In this document: one piece after another, positions 62,705 to 64,000 of the stretch
How the letters are laid out: the number at the start of each line of letters is the position of its first letter
Numbering within the stretch: position 1 is the stretch's first letter
Assembly: GCA_964291215.2 (NCBI GenBank)
Contig: OZ219791.1
Location: 704,001-768,000 of the forward strand
Length of the DNA stretch: 64,000 bases
Reading direction: 5' to 3'
From: Alphaproteobacteria bacterium
GTDB taxonomy: Bacteria; Pseudomonadota; Alphaproteobacteria; MPNO01; UBA830
Translations under genes and position numbers: made by a program
The notes under the pieces: generated by a model
What the model was told of the DNA's origin: nothing
Database searches by the model: none
What the model saw: the letters and a program-made list of their open reading frames with translations, nothing else

Positions 62705-63433
62705 TCATGTCGTCTGCATCCCGAAATAGGCGCGCCGGATATCGGCGATATCCAGCTGCGCGGGCTTTCCTTCGAGCGTGACGCGACCCTCCATCAGGCA
62801 ATAGACGCGATCGGCGACCTCGAGGGCGCGCTGGAGATCCTGCTCGACGAGGAGCACCGTGGCGCCGCTTTCCCTGATCGCGGGCAGCGCTGCGTAGATG
62901 TCGCGCACCACGGCGGGTGAGAGGCCGAGCGAGACCTCGTCGCACAGCAGGAGACGCGGGTTGGACATCAGCGCCCGTCCGAACGCCGTCATCTGCTGCT
63001 GGCCACCCGACAGGCGGTCGGCCGGCAGGCGCCGCCGTTCGGCGAGCACGGGAAAGAGATCGAAGACGGCATCGAGGGTCCAGTGGCCGGCGCGCCCCGC
63101 GCGCTTGCTTCCGTACCCGCCGATCAGCAGGTTTTCCTCGACGCTGAGCGAAGTGAACAGGCGGCGGCCCTCGGGGACAAGAGCGATCCCGAGAGCGACG
63201 ATTTCGGCGGCTGACAGGTGGCCGATGACCCTGCCGTCGAAGCGGACGGCGTCGCCGGATCCCGGGTGGAGGCCGGCGACGCTGTGCAGAAGCGTCGACT
63301 TTCCGGCGCCGTTGGCGCCGATGACCGCCACCGTCTGGCCTTCGGAGATGGCGATGTCGACGCCGTACAGCGCCTGGAAATCGCCGTAGCGGGCGACCAG
63401 CCCGGTGGTCTCGAGAAGCGCTGCCGCCGTCAT
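62705..63433 (-). CDS. ABC transporter ATP-binding protein (LivF-like)
   Basis: GANGAGKS, LSGGQQQ and LLVEQ. Confidence 0.92.
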   Translation of the reverse strand: MTAAALLETTGLVARYGDFQALYGVDIAISEGQTVAVIGANGAGKSTLLHSVAGLHPGSGDAVRFDGRVIGHLSAAEIVALGIALVPEGRRLFTSLSVEENLLIGGYGSKRAGRAGHWTLDAVFDLFPVLAERRRLPADRLSGGQQQMTAFGRALMSNPRLLLCDEVSLGLSPAVVRDIYAALPAIRESGATVLLVEQDLQRALEVADRVYCLMEGRVTLEGKPAQLDIADIRRAYFGMQTT

Positions 63434-64000
63434 TCGGTCAGCCCCATGTAGATTTCCTGCACGTCGCGCGACGCCATGACCTCTTTCGGGACGCCGTCGG
63501 CAATCAACCGTCCGAAATTGAGCACGACCAGACGATCGACGGCGGCCAGCAGGGCGTGGACGACATGCTCGATCCAGATGATGGCGACGCCGCCGGCGTG
63601 GATGTCGGCGATCGCGGCGACCAGCTCCTCGCATTCGCGTTCGGTCAGCCCTCCCGCGATCTCGTCGAGCAGCAGGAGGCGCGGTCCGGTCGCCAGCGCA
63701 CGCGCCATTTCCAGGCGCTTGCGCTCGAGCAGCGACAGCGAACCGGCGACGCGGTTGGCCCGGTCCATCATCCGCGTGCGTTCGAGAACCTCGCCGCAGC
63801 GCCGCACGGCTTCGGCGGTGCCGAGGCCGCTGCCGTAGATCGCGCCGACCATCAGGTTCTCGAACACGGTCAGGGTCTCGAATGGCTGCGGGATCTGGTA
63901 GGATCGGCCGATGCCGGCATTGCAGCGTTCGGGCGGCGGAGCACCGCCGAGATCGCGGCCGTCGAGCTGGATCGTTCCCGAGTCCGGCGCCAGTTCGCCC
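63430..64000 (-). CDS. ABC transporter ATP-binding protein (LivG-like), 5'-truncated by the window edge
   Basis: KRLEMARALA, LLDEIAGGL and IEHVV. Confidence 0.9.
   Translation of the reverse strand, partial: GELAPDSGTIQLDGRDLGGAPPPERCNAGIGRSYQIPQPFETLTVFENLMVGAIYGSGLGTAEAVRRCGEVLERTRMMDRANRVAGSLSLLERKRLEMARALATGPRLLLLDEIAGGLTERECEELVAAIADIHAGGVAIIWIEHVVHALLAAVDRLVVLNFGRLIADGVPKEVMASRDVQEIYMGLTE

Overview
High-GC alphaproteobacterial chromosomal segment (gcrA, kdsB-pheA-nudC, trkH-apaG-metZ with a SAM-II riboswitch, argD-argF, tRNA-Val). About 1-27.3 kb and 58.5-64 kb are mostly housekeeping and metabolic genes, with several decayed genes (TauD, WYL regulator, RidA, TRAP) and two small mobile-element insertions. 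About 27.35-58.45 kb is a ~31-kb accessory island between metZ and argF. Its flanks are nested mobile DNA whose ends and target-site duplications can be read directly: IS66, IS630, IS110, IS21, IS256 and four group II introns, two of them head-to-tail. Its core (40.7-50.4 kb) is an intact defence-type cluster. On the minus strand it has a ubiquitin-like / E2-like / JAB-E1 operon, then Gabija (OLD nuclease + UvrD), then three mutually paralogous unknown genes, the last membrane-anchored. A divergent XRE-ImmA/IrrE regulator and a nonsense-interrupted PIN gene face the other way. The three-paralog operon and the non-canonical Ubl operon are the best candidates for undescribed biology. All calls come from reading motifs by eye; no database searches were run.
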